Shown: positions 9,878 through 19,616 of the stretch, one piece after another
Position numbering within the stretch: position 1 is the first letter of the stretch
How the letters are laid out: the number at the start of each line of letters is the position of its first letter
DNA from: a virus
Reading direction: 5' to 3' (one strand)
Length of the DNA: 64,000 bases
Virus record (IMG/VR): IMGVR_UViG_3300025617_000009
Location: 32,001 to 96,000 of that record
Notes under the pieces: model-generated
What the model was told of the DNA's origin: nothing
Database searches by the model: none
The model's input: the letters and a program-made list of their open reading frames with translations, nothing else
Program-made: the position numbers and the translations under genes

Positions 9878-11149
9878 TTAGTAAAGTGCGTTCCACGACA
9901 CACCGTCATAAAATACAGGATAAGGAGTGGATCCTCCTTTAGAAGCAGGGTCCCAGTTAGTTGCATCTGCTACAGCAAAACTTCCACTAACTGCTGTCGG
10001 AGCACTTGTTTGTGCAGTAAGTTCTAAGACATTCGTTGCAGAAATACTTCCATCTACTGCTAATACACCTGCGCTGTTTCCTGTATTAAAAACAAAATCT
10101 GCTCCACTGTCAAATGTAGGATTTCCTACACCTGTAAAAACAAAATCAGTTGCTGTAACTGTGTTAAAGATAACATCGTCTGTGGTGTTTAATGTTTGAT
10201 CTCCTCCGCCGGGTAATCCTGTAACAGTGGCTCCTGAAAAATCAACTCCTGCTTGAAATTCTACATTAGAGGTAAATGTTGTACCTTGTTGAGCAATTTG
10301 TAATCCTACTACATTTACATCTGTAAAATCTACAGTTGCAGTTGAATCAAATCGTAAACTATTTTCAATAGTAACATCACTTTGGAATATTGTATTATTT
10401 GCAATGTTAATAGTGCTCGAATCGTCTGTGCTAATAACACTGCTTGCAAAACTAAAGTTTCCAACGCTATCTGGTATATCTCCTAGAGTAATATATCCTG
10501 CATCATTTGTCAATTCGCTTACAGCAGATACTAGTCTATTATTACTATCTGTTAAGTCATCAATATCTTGAGGGATAACATTGTTATTATCAGTTAGCGT
10601 ACTAATATCAACAGGTATTGCAGGCTTGTTAGTTAAATCGTTATAGCTACCGCTAAACAGTAATGAGTTAATATCTGCCAGTTCAGACACATCTTGCGGG
10701 ATGGTAGGCTTGTTTGTTAAACTAGTATACGAACCATCAAAGGTAAACACTGGTGGTACATCGATTAAATCGTTGAAAGATCCTGTGTAGGCAACAGCTG
10801 ACAATGGATTTACATAACCCTGCGTTGTAGGACTTCCATAGGTTACATCTGTTAGTAACTTGCGCCAAGCGCCACTATGTGCATAGTACAAAGCTCCTGT
10901 GCTTGCAACGTGTATGGTCATACCAGTATAGGTATTTGGATTGTAGTTTGCTAGACTTGCTTCGTCTGCAACAGTGTTAGAATAAGAAATAAGATTATTG
11001 CCAAAATCTATATCTTCACCGCCAATGTCTGGATCACTGGCAAGAGTTGCTTCTACAGCATCTACTCTTGTGTCTAGTTCTGTAAAGTTTCCGTCTAACT
11101 CTGCGTGAGTAAGAGCTGTACCTTTTGTTGTTCTTAATGTTATTGCCAT
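9878..11149 (-). CDS. Virion fibre/structural protein
   Basis: N-terminal MAITLRTTKGTALTHAELDGNF anchor motif typical of T4-like marine phage structural proteins; GSYNDLTNKP repeats; GALYYAH module. Confidence 0.75.
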   Translation of the reverse strand: MAITLRTTKGTALTHAELDGNFTELDTRVDAVEATLASDPDIGGEDIDFGNNLISYSNTVADEASLANYNPNTYTGMTIHVASTGALYYAHSGAWRKLLTDVTYGSPTTQGYVNPLSAVAYTGSFNDLIDVPPVFTFDGSYTSLTNKPTIPQDVSELADINSLLFSGSYNDLTNKPAIPVDISTLTDNNNVIPQDIDDLTDSNNRLVSAVSELTNDAGYITLGDIPDSVGNFSFASSVISTDDSSTINIANNTIFQSDVTIENSLRFDSTATVDFTDVNVVGLQIAQQGTTFTSNVEFQAGVDFSGATVTGLPGGGDQTLNTTDDVIFNTVTATDFVFTGVGNPTFDSGADFVFNTGNSAGVLAVDGSISATNVLELTAQTSAPTAVSGSFAVADATNWDPASKGGSTPYPVFYDGVSWNALY

Positions 11150-11157
11150 TTTAGTTC

Positions 11158-11598
11158 CTACACTACATATCCTGGTTCAACAAATCCAGGTTCCATAAAC
11201 GTTGTTGTATCGCCTACCTCAACAGGTACAGGAACAGTATCACCGATATTTCTAGATTCGAGTCTATTTCCTGTTTGCACTTTGTAACCGATACTACTAA
11301 TATTTTCTCTGTTATAATTTAATATTTCTGCAACCACTGCATCTAGTTGTATTTTATTAAAGTTTTTAATACCATCTAATAGTTCAAATGTTTTTATATT
11401 GTCTATCTTTGCTTGTTGTAATAATACTCCTGCAACTGATGTTGCACTTGATTTACCAAAGCCGCGCTTTTCAAAAAAACCTACAACAGCATCAATTTCG
11501 TTAGCAGGAAATGCAATTTTTTTAGTAAAATATCTATTATAAAATTCTTTTACTTTATCGGCACTGTCTTTAGAAACCGTTTTAGGTAAACTGCTCAT
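11158..11598 (-). CDS. Hypothetical virion protein
   Basis: 146-aa ORF overlapping the upstream stop; ends ...MEPGFVEPGYVV. Confidence 0.6.
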   Translation of the reverse strand: MSSLPKTVSKDSADKVKEFYNRYFTKKIAFPANEIDAVVGFFEKRGFGKSSATSVAGVLLQQAKIDNIKTFELLDGIKNFNKIQLDAVVAEILNYNRENISSIGYKVQTGNRLESRNIGDTVPVPVEVGDTTTFMEPGFVEPGYVV

Positions 11599-12788
11599 TA
11601 TAATCCGCCTCTTATTCTTCCTGCTGCATCTACGTTAGTTAAATCTGCATTACTAACTTTACTATTTGCTTTACCTGTTTCAACAGCGCCTTGTATTCTC
11701 TGTGCATAGTTGCTTGCCGAAGCATTTACTGCTCCGCCAAACGCTTCTAATTTTTGGAAAAAGCCGCCGCTGCCTGTGTTCTTAGGAAAACTATAGCCCG
11801 AGCTATTTCCTGACTGATCTTTGGCTGCCTGCTGTATTGCACCTTTAAATACATTCAAACCTTCTTCTCTAAGTCCTTCTGCAGAAAGACCTTTTGCATT
11901 ACCAAATGTATTAGCAGCATTTAAAATAGTTCCTAGACCTACATTGCCTGTAGCAATATCATTTGCAATATTGCTAATCCCAGATAATATGCCACCTTGA
12001 CCTAACAAACTTTGTGTTCCGCCGCCTTGTATAGTTAATGGGCTCGGTGTTGGATCGTAGTGTTCTTTTGCAAATCCAGGAGGGGAATCTTCTCCTGTTG
12101 CTCCGCTATCGTAAAATACCGCTTCGTATGCAACTTGCATGGTGTTTTCTGATACTCCTGATGCATCAGTTTGATCCATAGTGTCATGTCCAAAACTTGT
12201 TACAATAGGATTAACTAATGTGTATGATACATATGAATGGCGAGCCATTTGATATATTGTAATTCTATCAAAAAATGGTGTTTTACTTCCTGCATCTAGA
12301 CCGTATCTATACTTGTGAGATGTATCGCCTTTATATGTATTTCTAGAATCGTATGCACCAGGTTTAGAACCTTGATTGCCGTCATTATAATAGTATCTAT
12401 AGTAATACTGCATTAACGTGCTAGTAATACCAAAATTATCGTCGTGGAAGTTAATATTGATCGGTTCGTATTCTAATGTAGTTTGTAGATTCTTTTTTCT
12501 GTTATACATGTTTTTAGTAACAGTATTAACAGAATAGCTAGGCAAATCAACACCTTTGACTAGTAGATTAATTTCGTTGCGATGACGCTGAACTAAATTT
12601 GGAACTAGATCCTGTGCTTCACTGCTCAAACTTAAAACAACATGATAAAGATATTTTGTTTTAGGAGCAAGTCTAAAAGCATCATCTACGTATAATCTAG
12701 CGGCATGTTTATAATCTCCAAAAGTTCCTTTCGGATTGGATGCCCCACTTACTAAATTATCTAAAAACCCGTTGAGTATATTTGCCAT
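11598..12788 (-). CDS. Tail tube-related baseplate-tube junction protein (gp54/gp48-like)
   Basis: Tube-fold-like motifs VDLPSY...YEPININFHDD...; Gly-rich C-terminus; adjacent to tail tube. Confidence 0.65.
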   Translation of the reverse strand: MANILNGFLDNLVSGASNPKGTFGDYKHAARLYVDDAFRLAPKTKYLYHVVLSLSSEAQDLVPNLVQRHRNEINLLVKGVDLPSYSVNTVTKNMYNRKKNLQTTLEYEPININFHDDNFGITSTLMQYYYRYYYNDGNQGSKPGAYDSRNTYKGDTSHKYRYGLDAGSKTPFFDRITIYQMARHSYVSYTLVNPIVTSFGHDTMDQTDASGVSENTMQVAYEAVFYDSGATGEDSPPGFAKEHYDPTPSPLTIQGGGTQSLLGQGGILSGISNIANDIATGNVGLGTILNAANTFGNAKGLSAEGLREEGLNVFKGAIQQAAKDQSGNSSGYSFPKNTGSGGFFQKLEAFGGAVNASASNYAQRIQGAVETGKANSKVSNADLTNVDAAGRIRGGL

Positions 12789-12793
12789 AATAG

Positions 12794-12801
12794 TATTTAT
12801 A
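12794..12801 (-). promoter_or_regulatory. Exact T4 late promoter TATAAATA (leaderless class)
   Basis: TATAAATA-ctatt-ATG. Confidence 0.8.
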
Positions 12802-12827
12802 CCATTTTATAATGTGCGTATAAAACA

Positions 12828-12850
12828 AAAGGAGCTATTATAGCTCCTTT
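12828..12850 (-). terminator. Intrinsic terminator after tail tube
   Basis: AAAGGAGCTA-TTA-TAGCTCCTTT perfect inverted repeat with U-tract on the minus strand. Confidence 0.8.
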
Positions 12851-12876
12851 CGCTCGGCATTTCAACTTAAAAAGTA

Positions 12877-13503
12877 TTAAGCACCGCCACCTGTAATTAG
12901 GCTTCCTACAGTTCTACCTACAGCAGTACCAATACCTTCACCTTGTGGTGATTGTATTGCATTATCATAGCGGATTGCTAGGGTAATTTGTACTGGATCG
13001 TTTGTAGCATATGCTAGCGTGTTGTAGTTAGCATTTTGTACAAAGCAACCGTATAGTTCGAATGTTTCTAGTACGTTTGGTGTATTAGCACCGTTGCCGC
13101 CGTCTAAAATTTCAATACGTGTTGTAAACTTATAATCAATGCCTGAAGCTGCACTTGACTGTTCAAAGAAGTCAAACTGCTTTTGTAGTTGTTCGCCGAC
13201 TAACTTCTGTACATTATTGTTTACATCTTCACGTAAATTTAATGTAATTGGATCCCATGCATGCTTACCAGCTAGGTAAACACGTGAGTTGTAAACAGGA
13301 ACTTCAATTTCTTCAAAGTTAACTGTCGGACGAGTTACGTCAATAACTTGTTTAGTTAATTCTGTAGTAGGTGTTGAAACACCAAAGTTCTCTAATGTCA
13401 CTCTAAAGCGGTATTGTAGCTTAGGCATTAACAAGCCTTGACTTGCTGCACTATTATCGCTTGCTAGTGGCACTGTAATTTTTGATAGTGTTGAAATTGC
13501 CAT
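12877..13503 (-). CDS. gp19: Tail tube protein (T4 gp19-like)
   Basis: YRFRV, RPTV.FEEI.VP.YN.RVYLAGK..W..I, ELYGCF, AIRYD motifs; immediately downstream of sheath. Confidence 0.9.
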   Translation of the reverse strand: MAISTLSKITVPLASDNSAASQGLLMPKLQYRFRVTLENFGVSTPTTELTKQVIDVTRPTVNFEEIEVPVYNSRVYLAGKHAWDPITLNLREDVNNNVQKLVGEQLQKQFDFFEQSSAASGIDYKFTTRIEILDGGNGANTPNVLETFELYGCFVQNANYNTLAYATNDPVQITLAIRYDNAIQSPQGEGIGTAVGRTVGSLITGGGA

Positions 13504-13521
13504 CTTAATCTCCTATATAAC

Positions 13522-13527
13522 TATTTA
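13522..13527 (-). promoter_or_regulatory. Late promoter TAAATA with SD-led leader for tail tube
   Basis: TAAATA-gttatat-AGGAG-attaag-ATG. Confidence 0.7.
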
Positions 13528-13536
13528 GCCAAAATA

Positions 13537-13554
13537 GGTCCCCTTGCGGGGACC
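13537..13554 (-). terminator. Hairpin between sheath and tube (terminator or mRNA stabiliser)
   Basis: GGTCCCC-GCAA-GGGGACC, GNRA loop, followed by TATTTT on the minus strand. Confidence 0.75.
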
Positions 13555-13560
13555 CACTTT

Positions 13561-16500
13561 TTATAGGCCTGCGATCTCGCCTGTATTCTTCAATCTTAAT
13601 GGAATGTAGATGAATTCAACTGCCTTAACAGGTTCAATAGCAATGTCTAAGTATAGTTCATTTCTATCAATTCTGTTTGGAGTGTTGTTAGATTCATCAC
13701 AAACAACTAAGAAGTCATACAGTGCTCTTTGTCCTACTAATTCTAGTAATAGACTTTCAGTTGCGCCTTTGATCTCGTCTCGTGTGATCTTATCGTTTGG
13801 TTCAAAGATGTAAGGTTTGGCAAGTTTGTTTAGTTGACTACGTAAGTAGATAACTAAACGTGCAACGTTAATTCTATCAAGCGCACTTGCATTTCTTGCA
13901 CGAGTCTTCTGACCGTAGTTAACAAGTCCTGCACCATTTAAGAATGTAATCGGGTTAACGTTGTTAGCGTATAATGTATCACGCTGTCCTTCGTTAAGTG
14001 CAACACTTACAAACTCGCCTTCGGCATTAATATAACCTGATGAAGTTGCGTTTGTAATACCACCACGTCTTGTACCTGCTGGTGCAAACCATGGATAGCT
14101 AACTTGATCGCTAAGTGCAATAGTTCTTAGAATCATATGCGAAGCTGGAACAACAACATTGTTACCAAAGTTATCACTTGTAAAGCCTGCTGGGTAGAAG
14201 ATACCTAAGTATTCGTCGAAACTTACAAGTCCGTCGTCGTTGTCTTCTACTGCTAGTCTTACGTTGTTTGCCCAATCGTTTAGTGATGTAGCATCAGGTG
14301 TTAAACGGAATGGTGAATCACCTACGATAAACGCACTTAGTCCACGATCATAGTTTAATGATACCATTTCACCGATAAGCTCTGGATATCCTGGAGTTGC
14401 CATTAGGTTAAACGGTCTTGCTTCGTCGTCTCTAATATCATCATTAGAGTTAAGCATTGCTTGTAGAGCCTGTACAACAACTTTACGTTGTGCAACTCTG
14501 CCAAATGCACCTGAACCATCAGCGTTGTTAGCTGACTCTGTTACCCAGCGATGAGGATAATAGTTTTCCATGTTCTCGCCGCCGCTTAAGCCTGGATCAT
14601 AACGATTGTTGTCTGCAACTACATCAACATAGTTACGTACAAAACGCTTAACGTTAAATCCGCTTCTACGAGTATTAAACAACAACATTCCTTTCGGATA
14701 TAGTGCTGGATCTGGAGCATCAAAATCTAAGAAGTTACTAGAAAGTAAATCTACAATTGAACTTGCTTCGTCTGTAGCATTAACTCCAGCATCTGTCCAA
14801 CGTGCATCAGCAAATAAAACACCATTATCTGTTGTTTGATCTGAACTGTCTAATAAATTCCACTTTAGACTGTCGCCGTTGTATCTGTAAATCAACGGAT
14901 AATTATCAATGTCAGCAGTGCTAACCCAAAGGTCACCATTTACTAATGCAGTTCCGTCTGACTGTTCAGTTGGTTCAGTCGCTGATACAATAGGTCCTTG
15001 AGGATCTGTTTGTAGTACAGGACTCGAATCATAAAACGGCGCAGCCGGTCCAAATGCAGGATCGCTACCGTCATACTGATAACCAACCCAAGTAGTACCG
15101 TTGTGAATCATAATGTCGCACTCGTCAACAACTGAACTGTACCATAAAGCACCGTCTGCTGTTAATGAAGTAGGAGCATCTGTTGAGTTTTCTGCAACTA
15201 GTGGCTTCCAGTTAGAGATAACATAATCATAGAATGTATCTCCAGTTGGCGCATCGTAGAAATTAGCAGTAGCAGTAGTAATTCCGATAGCTGCTAATAC
15301 AGCGTCTGGATCGTTAATTTTAATCTCGCCGCCTTCTACATGACTAATAGTAAGTTTATTTTGTGCGTCTACTGATGCTAAAACTTTAGTTAATGCACTG
15401 GAGTTAATTGCTTCTGCAATAGTTTCAGCATCAGTTGAATCTCCAGCAAGTGTCATTGGAATAAAGACTAAGGTGCTGTAACTATCGCTACCTGCTGTTG
15501 TTTCAACGATGTTAAATGCTGCAGGTCCAGCTGCAGGAACCGACGATCCGCCAACTACTGCCGACGTTACAGAAGCATATCCTGTCGAGTTTCTACGATA
15601 AATTTTAAAATCTGCAACAGGGTTAGCTGCCGATTCAACGTCTGCTTTGACGTATAAATCTCCAACTGCTAAATTTGTGCCGCCGCCTGTGCGATCCAGC
15701 CCGTATAATGCAAGTTCTGGGCTTGTGTATACAGGTGCAGTAATTTCGTCCCAAAGCAGAGTAGCATCGTTCCATTCTCTTACACGGAATCTAGCGCCGC
15801 CGTTTGGTTCTGTGGTTTTAACCCAAAGAGAACCTGTTGGTCTAGCATCTTCATAACTCTTGTAAGTAGGTACGTCTGTATGCGGACTAACCTGTAATAC
15901 AGGAGCTGCATAAGTTTTTGCTTCTAGTCCTAGTTTAGCTAAGATAGGTGTATTAACAAGATTAATGTCTGGGCCTGATGAACGAAGTTCTAATGCTCCG
16001 CCAGTTTCTCTTGCACTAATTCCTGTAATATTAGCTTGATTAATATTGTTTACTAGGCTTGATATAGTAGCGCCTGTTGTAGTAATATTATTTCCGCCAA
16101 TGTTAATAGATTCGCCAGGAGTAATATTATGACCAGATGTAACTGTTCCTAGAGCAGTAGTTAAACTTGCCTTCCACTCTTCTGTACCAACTTCTACCCA
16201 AGTACCTGCAGCAACTTGTCCGTCACCTTGGTCGTTGCCTGCGTTTCCGCCTGACTTGTAATAAGTTCTAATTAAATTAGTAGTTGTAACAATCGCATAA
16301 TCGCCAGTTTGACCAATAGAAGGCTTAGGATCCGATGTTGCTGATCCACCGATTAAATCACTAGCACTATCGATGATAGTTGCTGTAACAGTTGTAAAAC
16401 TCTGTCCGCCTGCTGTAGAGCTAGATGCTCCGTTCCATTCTAACATACCGTATGATGTTGAATCGATGTCAAACCAATATGTGCCGTCTGCAGGATTACC

Positions 16501-16881
16501 TGCCGGTGCATCTGCTTGTGGTGTTAGTTCGTTTAGATCAATGTCCGCACGTACTACATAAGCACGATTGCTTACTCCTAGTAATGAATATGCTGCTTGT
16601 AAACCATACTCATTCAGTTCTCCTCCATTTACTGGATTGTTGTTGTTATCAACTTGGAAAACTGGGTCGCCGAATGTGTCGGCTAAATCTCTTTGACTTG
16701 TTAGTAGATAAACTCTACCAGCGTTTTCTTTTAATGTGCCCTGCGCAATGCCTGTACCTGATGAGTTGGTCTTATCTTGACCAGACGCAACAAATATCAT
16801 TGGCACTGTGCCTGGTTCAGCCGGAGTGTAAAAACTCTCGTCGATTACTGAAACCTGTACACCTGGTGATGTTAATGCCAT
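13561..16881 (-). CDS. gp18: Contractile tail sheath protein (T4 gp18-like), enlarged
   Basis: N-terminal LTSPGVQV; C-terminal PWFAPAG.RRG, LY.NNVNPI, DRINVARL, FEPND, CDESNNTP, IEPVKAVEFI. Confidence 0.96.
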   Translation of the reverse strand: MALTSPGVQVSVIDESFYTPAEPGTVPMIFVASGQDKTNSSGTGIAQGTLKENAGRVYLLTSQRDLADTFGDPVFQVDNNNNPVNGGELNEYGLQAAYSLLGVSNRAYVVRADIDLNELTPQADAPAGNPADGTYWFDIDSTSYGMLEWNGASSSTAGGQSFTTVTATIIDSASDLIGGSATSDPKPSIGQTGDYAIVTTTNLIRTYYKSGGNAGNDQGDGQVAAGTWVEVGTEEWKASLTTALGTVTSGHNITPGESINIGGNNITTTGATISSLVNNINQANITGISARETGGALELRSSGPDINLVNTPILAKLGLEAKTYAAPVLQVSPHTDVPTYKSYEDARPTGSLWVKTTEPNGGARFRVREWNDATLLWDEITAPVYTSPELALYGLDRTGGGTNLAVGDLYVKADVESAANPVADFKIYRRNSTGYASVTSAVVGGSSVPAAGPAAFNIVETTAGSDSYSTLVFIPMTLAGDSTDAETIAEAINSSALTKVLASVDAQNKLTISHVEGGEIKINDPDAVLAAIGITTATANFYDAPTGDTFYDYVISNWKPLVAENSTDAPTSLTADGALWYSSVVDECDIMIHNGTTWVGYQYDGSDPAFGPAAPFYDSSPVLQTDPQGPIVSATEPTEQSDGTALVNGDLWVSTADIDNYPLIYRYNGDSLKWNLLDSSDQTTDNGVLFADARWTDAGVNATDEASSIVDLLSSNFLDFDAPDPALYPKGMLLFNTRRSGFNVKRFVRNYVDVVADNNRYDPGLSGGENMENYYPHRWVTESANNADGSGAFGRVAQRKVVVQALQAMLNSNDDIRDDEARPFNLMATPGYPELIGEMVSLNYDRGLSAFIVGDSPFRLTPDATSLNDWANNVRLAVEDNDDGLVSFDEYLGIFYPAGFTSDNFGNNVVVPASHMILRTIALSDQVSYPWFAPAGTRRGGITNATSSGYINAEGEFVSVALNEGQRDTLYANNVNPITFLNGAGLVNYGQKTRARNASALDRINVARLVIYLRSQLNKLAKPYIFEPNDKITRDEIKGATESLLLELVGQRALYDFLVVCDESNNTPNRIDRNELYLDIAIEPVKAVEFIYIPLRLKNTGEIAGL

Positions 16882-16898
16882 CTTGTTTCTCCTATAAA

Positions 16899-16912
16899 AT
16901 CGTTTAAACGAT
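16899..16912. repeat. Perfect 14-bp palindrome in sheath 5' leader
   Basis: ATCGTTTAAACGAT, between the TAAATA box and the AGGAG SD. Confidence 0.7.
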
Positions 16913-16919
16913 ATGTTAC

Positions 16920-17000
16920 TAGTGTATTTAGTAGAACTATATTAAAAACCTGTGTTATAACCCTAAAAAAAGAGACCGAAAAGGTGAGGTAAATACACTA
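16920..17000. promoter_or_regulatory. Divergent late promoters (sheath on minus, HNH gene on plus)
   Basis: TAAATACACTA present as an inverted 11-mer at 16920-16930 and 16990-17000. Confidence 0.7.
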
Positions 17001-17335
17001 TGAGACCTTTATGCAAATGTGGACAACGTCCTGCAGCTATAAACTACAAAAAAAACGGACGTACATATTATCGTAAGTTATGTGAAACGTGCTTGCGCAA
17101 CGGTGTAGGACACGGTATTCCAAAATGGCGGCAAGCAGGTTACAAGAAAAAAGACTCTTGTGAAAAATGCGGATTTAAAAGCAAGCACAGCGAACAGTTT
17201 AATGTGTTTCACATAGACGGTGACTTAAATAATTGCCGGCCTTCAAATCTTAAAACAGTGTGTGCTAATTGTCAACGTATACTTCAAAAAGAAGGTGTAA
17301 AATGGAAGCAAGGAGATTTACTTCCAGATTTTTAG
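17000..17335 (+). CDS. Zn-finger HNH-like protein
   Basis: CKC...CETC, CEKC, HIDGDLNNCRPSNLKTVCANCQ. Confidence 0.75.
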   Translation: MRPLCKCGQRPAAINYKKNGRTYYRKLCETCLRNGVGHGIPKWRQAGYKKKDSCEKCGFKSKHSEQFNVFHIDGDLNNCRPSNLKTVCANCQRILQKEGVKWKQGDLLPDF

Positions 17336-17336
17336 G

Positions 17337-17364
17337 TTGACAAACTTGTTATAGATGTTATAAT
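17337..17364 (+). promoter_or_regulatory. Consensus sigma70-type (early) promoter with extended -10
   Basis: TTGACA (17337-42), 16-bp spacer ending TGT, TATAAT (17359-64); AAGGA SD before ATG 17388. Confidence 0.85.
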
Positions 17365-17387
17365 ACTTGTTTAATTAAGGAAAATCT

Positions 17388-17660
17388 ATGGCCATTGATT
17401 ACAAGTATAACGAACGCAAACTCATTGAAGAATTTCAAAAATATGTAGATGCTACATATGGTGAACACTATTCTATGAATAAACTACAAAGCACAGAGTT
17501 TATCATGGATGCTGGACATGGAGATGGATTTTGTTTAGGAAATGTAATCAAGTATGCTCAACGTTACGGCAAGAAAGACGGCTATAATCGCAAAGATTTA
17601 TTGAAAGTATTACACTACGGACTAATGGCGTTGCATCACCATGACCAACAAGGGCGTTAA
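17388..17660 (+). CDS. DUF3310 / SaV-like protein
   Basis: TYGEHY, GFCLGNVIKYAQRYGKKDG...DLLKVLHY signature. Confidence 0.85.
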   Translation: MAIDYKYNERKLIEEFQKYVDATYGEHYSMNKLQSTEFIMDAGHGDGFCLGNVIKYAQRYGKKDGYNRKDLLKVLHYGLMALHHHDQQGR

Positions 17661-18415
17661 CCGATTAAGAAGCCATAGCCTGTGCCGCCCGATACTGCCA
17701 TAGAAACTTCATTTTCTAGTTTTTCCATTTCAGATTGAGCTTCAGCTTTTAATGAATCACCGTTAAGAGTTGATCCTCCTTGCGGTCCTGCAATAGTAGC
17801 AAACTTTGAACGTGCTTCGCCTAACATATACTTACATGCTGCAAGTGTATAATCTTTGATCCATTGTATTGCTAGATAATCACTTAGTAGTTCACTGTCT
17901 GGACGATAGTTATAAGCGTATAGTAATAAAGTTTCTTCTGCTCGTGGACGTTGTAACAGTGTAAGTTTTTTACTTGTACTATTCCATTTGAACTCGATAA
18001 AACTACCAAACATTCTACCTACTAGTTCTTGATATTGACTGAACATGTCGTAGGTTGCGATGCCTCCTATATTAGTAGAACTTAACAAATATGTATTTGT
18101 ATAAGCAAGGTTAAACGGTTCAAAGATACTTCCGCCGTCACCTCCTCCTGTTCTAGAGCCTATACTTCTGCGGAACAATTTACGAACTTCTATAACTTCA
18201 TTAGGTAGCGTGTATTCGTTCTGGTCCTCTACAGTTTCCATGAACAAATATGATTCTTCAACAGAGTTATCTGAACGTTGTCTAAAACGTGTTAGTGCTT
18301 TAGTTAATGCTGTTTCGTAGTGAACAGGATCAAGTTCTACATCAACCATGCCTCCGCCTAACATTGCGTAAACATAGTCAAATATTTCTTGCTTTTGTGT
18401 TGCTAAATCTGCCAT
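17657..18415 (-). CDS. gp13: Neck protein (T4 gp13-like)
   Basis: LGGGMVDVEL, WIKDYTLA..K..LG..RSKF, GG.TLNG, terminal FLIG. Confidence 0.88.
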   Translation of the reverse strand: MADLATQKQEIFDYVYAMLGGGMVDVELDPVHYETALTKALTRFRQRSDNSVEESYLFMETVEDQNEYTLPNEVIEVRKLFRRSIGSRTGGGDGGSIFEPFNLAYTNTYLLSSTNIGGIATYDMFSQYQELVGRMFGSFIEFKWNSTSKKLTLLQRPRAEETLLLYAYNYRPDSELLSDYLAIQWIKDYTLAACKYMLGEARSKFATIAGPQGGSTLNGDSLKAEAQSEMEKLENEVSMAVSGGTGYGFLIG

Positions 18416-18432
18416 AGGTAATCTCCGTATAG

Positions 18433-18447
18433 TATTTATGCTAAATA
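18433..18447. promoter_or_regulatory. Back-to-back divergent late promoters for gp13 (minus, SD-led) and gp14 (plus, leaderless)
   Basis: TATTTAT-GC-TAAATA. Confidence 0.7.
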
Positions 18448-18452
18448 TGTGT

Positions 18453-19616
18453 ATGCCGAGATTATCACTTTACAAGCCCGAGAGAGGCAAAGATTACGGA
18501 TTTATAGACAAGCAAGTCTATGAAATGTTTACCATTGGTGGTACTGACGTATTTGTACACAAGTATCTTGGAACTGAGAACCCTAGCGACGAAGATGCGA
18601 CTGTAGACAAACCTCAATATGATGTTGTAAAAGAAACTAATATTCAGGATCTGTTATTTTTAGAAAATAGGGATAGAAAGTATGATCCAGATGTCTACAG
18701 TCTTAGAGGCATCTATAATGTACAAGATATTGATTTTGATTTATCAGCGTTTGGTTTATTTTTAAGTAATGATACATTGTTCTTAACAGTTCATATCAAC
18801 TCTAGTGTTAAGACTATTGGCAGAAAGATTATTGCAGGAGACGTTATTGAGCTTCCGCATCTACGTGACGAATACGCTCTTAATGATTTAAGTGTAGCAC
18901 TAAAACGTTTTTACGTTGTAGAAGATGTTAATCGTGCAGCGGAAGGTTTTTCACAGACTTGGTATCCTCACTTATATAGGTTAAAACTCAAGCAGATTGT
19001 AGACAGTCAAGAATACAAAGAAATACTTGACTTACCTGCAAACGAAGATAATCCTGCAGAAGGTTCATTAAGGGATCTGCTTTCTACATATGAAAAAGAA
19101 ATGCAGATTAACCAAGCAGTTGTTGCTCAGGCAGAAGAAGACGCAGGACTTAGTGGATACGATACAAGTCACTTGTACACACTTGCTACTAATGATGACG
19201 GCAGTGTTGACCTTGTAACTATTGACCAAGACGATATCGATGTAAGTGCAGAAAGTATTATTTCTGATGAAATATACGGTAGACCAGATAGGCAAGGCTA
19301 CGACGGTTATCTAGTAGATGCAGAGATTGCTCCTAACGGTGCTCCTTACGGCGCTGGCATTAGTTTCCCTCCAGAAAATCAACCTGGAGATTATTTTTTA
19401 CGCACAGACTTTTCGCCCAAACGCTTGTTTAGATTTGACGGCACACGTTGGGTCAAAGTACAAGATGGTGTTAGAATGACAATGACTAATGGCCCGGATA
19501 GGCAAACACAAAAAGGTACGTTTATTAATAACACCAATGTTGATAGTATAGGTGGCGAAGACGTACAAGAAAGACAGAGTCTAAGTAAGGCACTTAGACC
19601 TAAGGCGGATAACTAA
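18453..19616 (+). CDS. gp14: Neck/head-closure protein (T4 gp14-like); start moved to MPRLSLY
   Basis: DLLFLENRDRKY, LSAFGLF, GDVIELP motifs; sits between gp13 and gp15; ATG 5 nt after TAAATA. Confidence 0.78.
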   Translation: MPRLSLYKPERGKDYGFIDKQVYEMFTIGGTDVFVHKYLGTENPSDEDATVDKPQYDVVKETNIQDLLFLENRDRKYDPDVYSLRGIYNVQDIDFDLSAFGLFLSNDTLFLTVHINSSVKTIGRKIIAGDVIELPHLRDEYALNDLSVALKRFYVVEDVNRAAEGFSQTWYPHLYRLKLKQIVDSQEYKEILDLPANEDNPAEGSLRDLLSTYEKEMQINQAVVAQAEEDAGLSGYDTSHLYTLATNDDGSVDLVTIDQDDIDVSAESIISDEIYGRPDRQGYDGYLVDAEIAPNGAPYGAGISFPPENQPGDYFLRTDFSPKRLFRFDGTRWVKVQDGVRMTMTNGPDRQTQKGTFINNTNVDSIGGEDVQERQSLSKALRPKADN

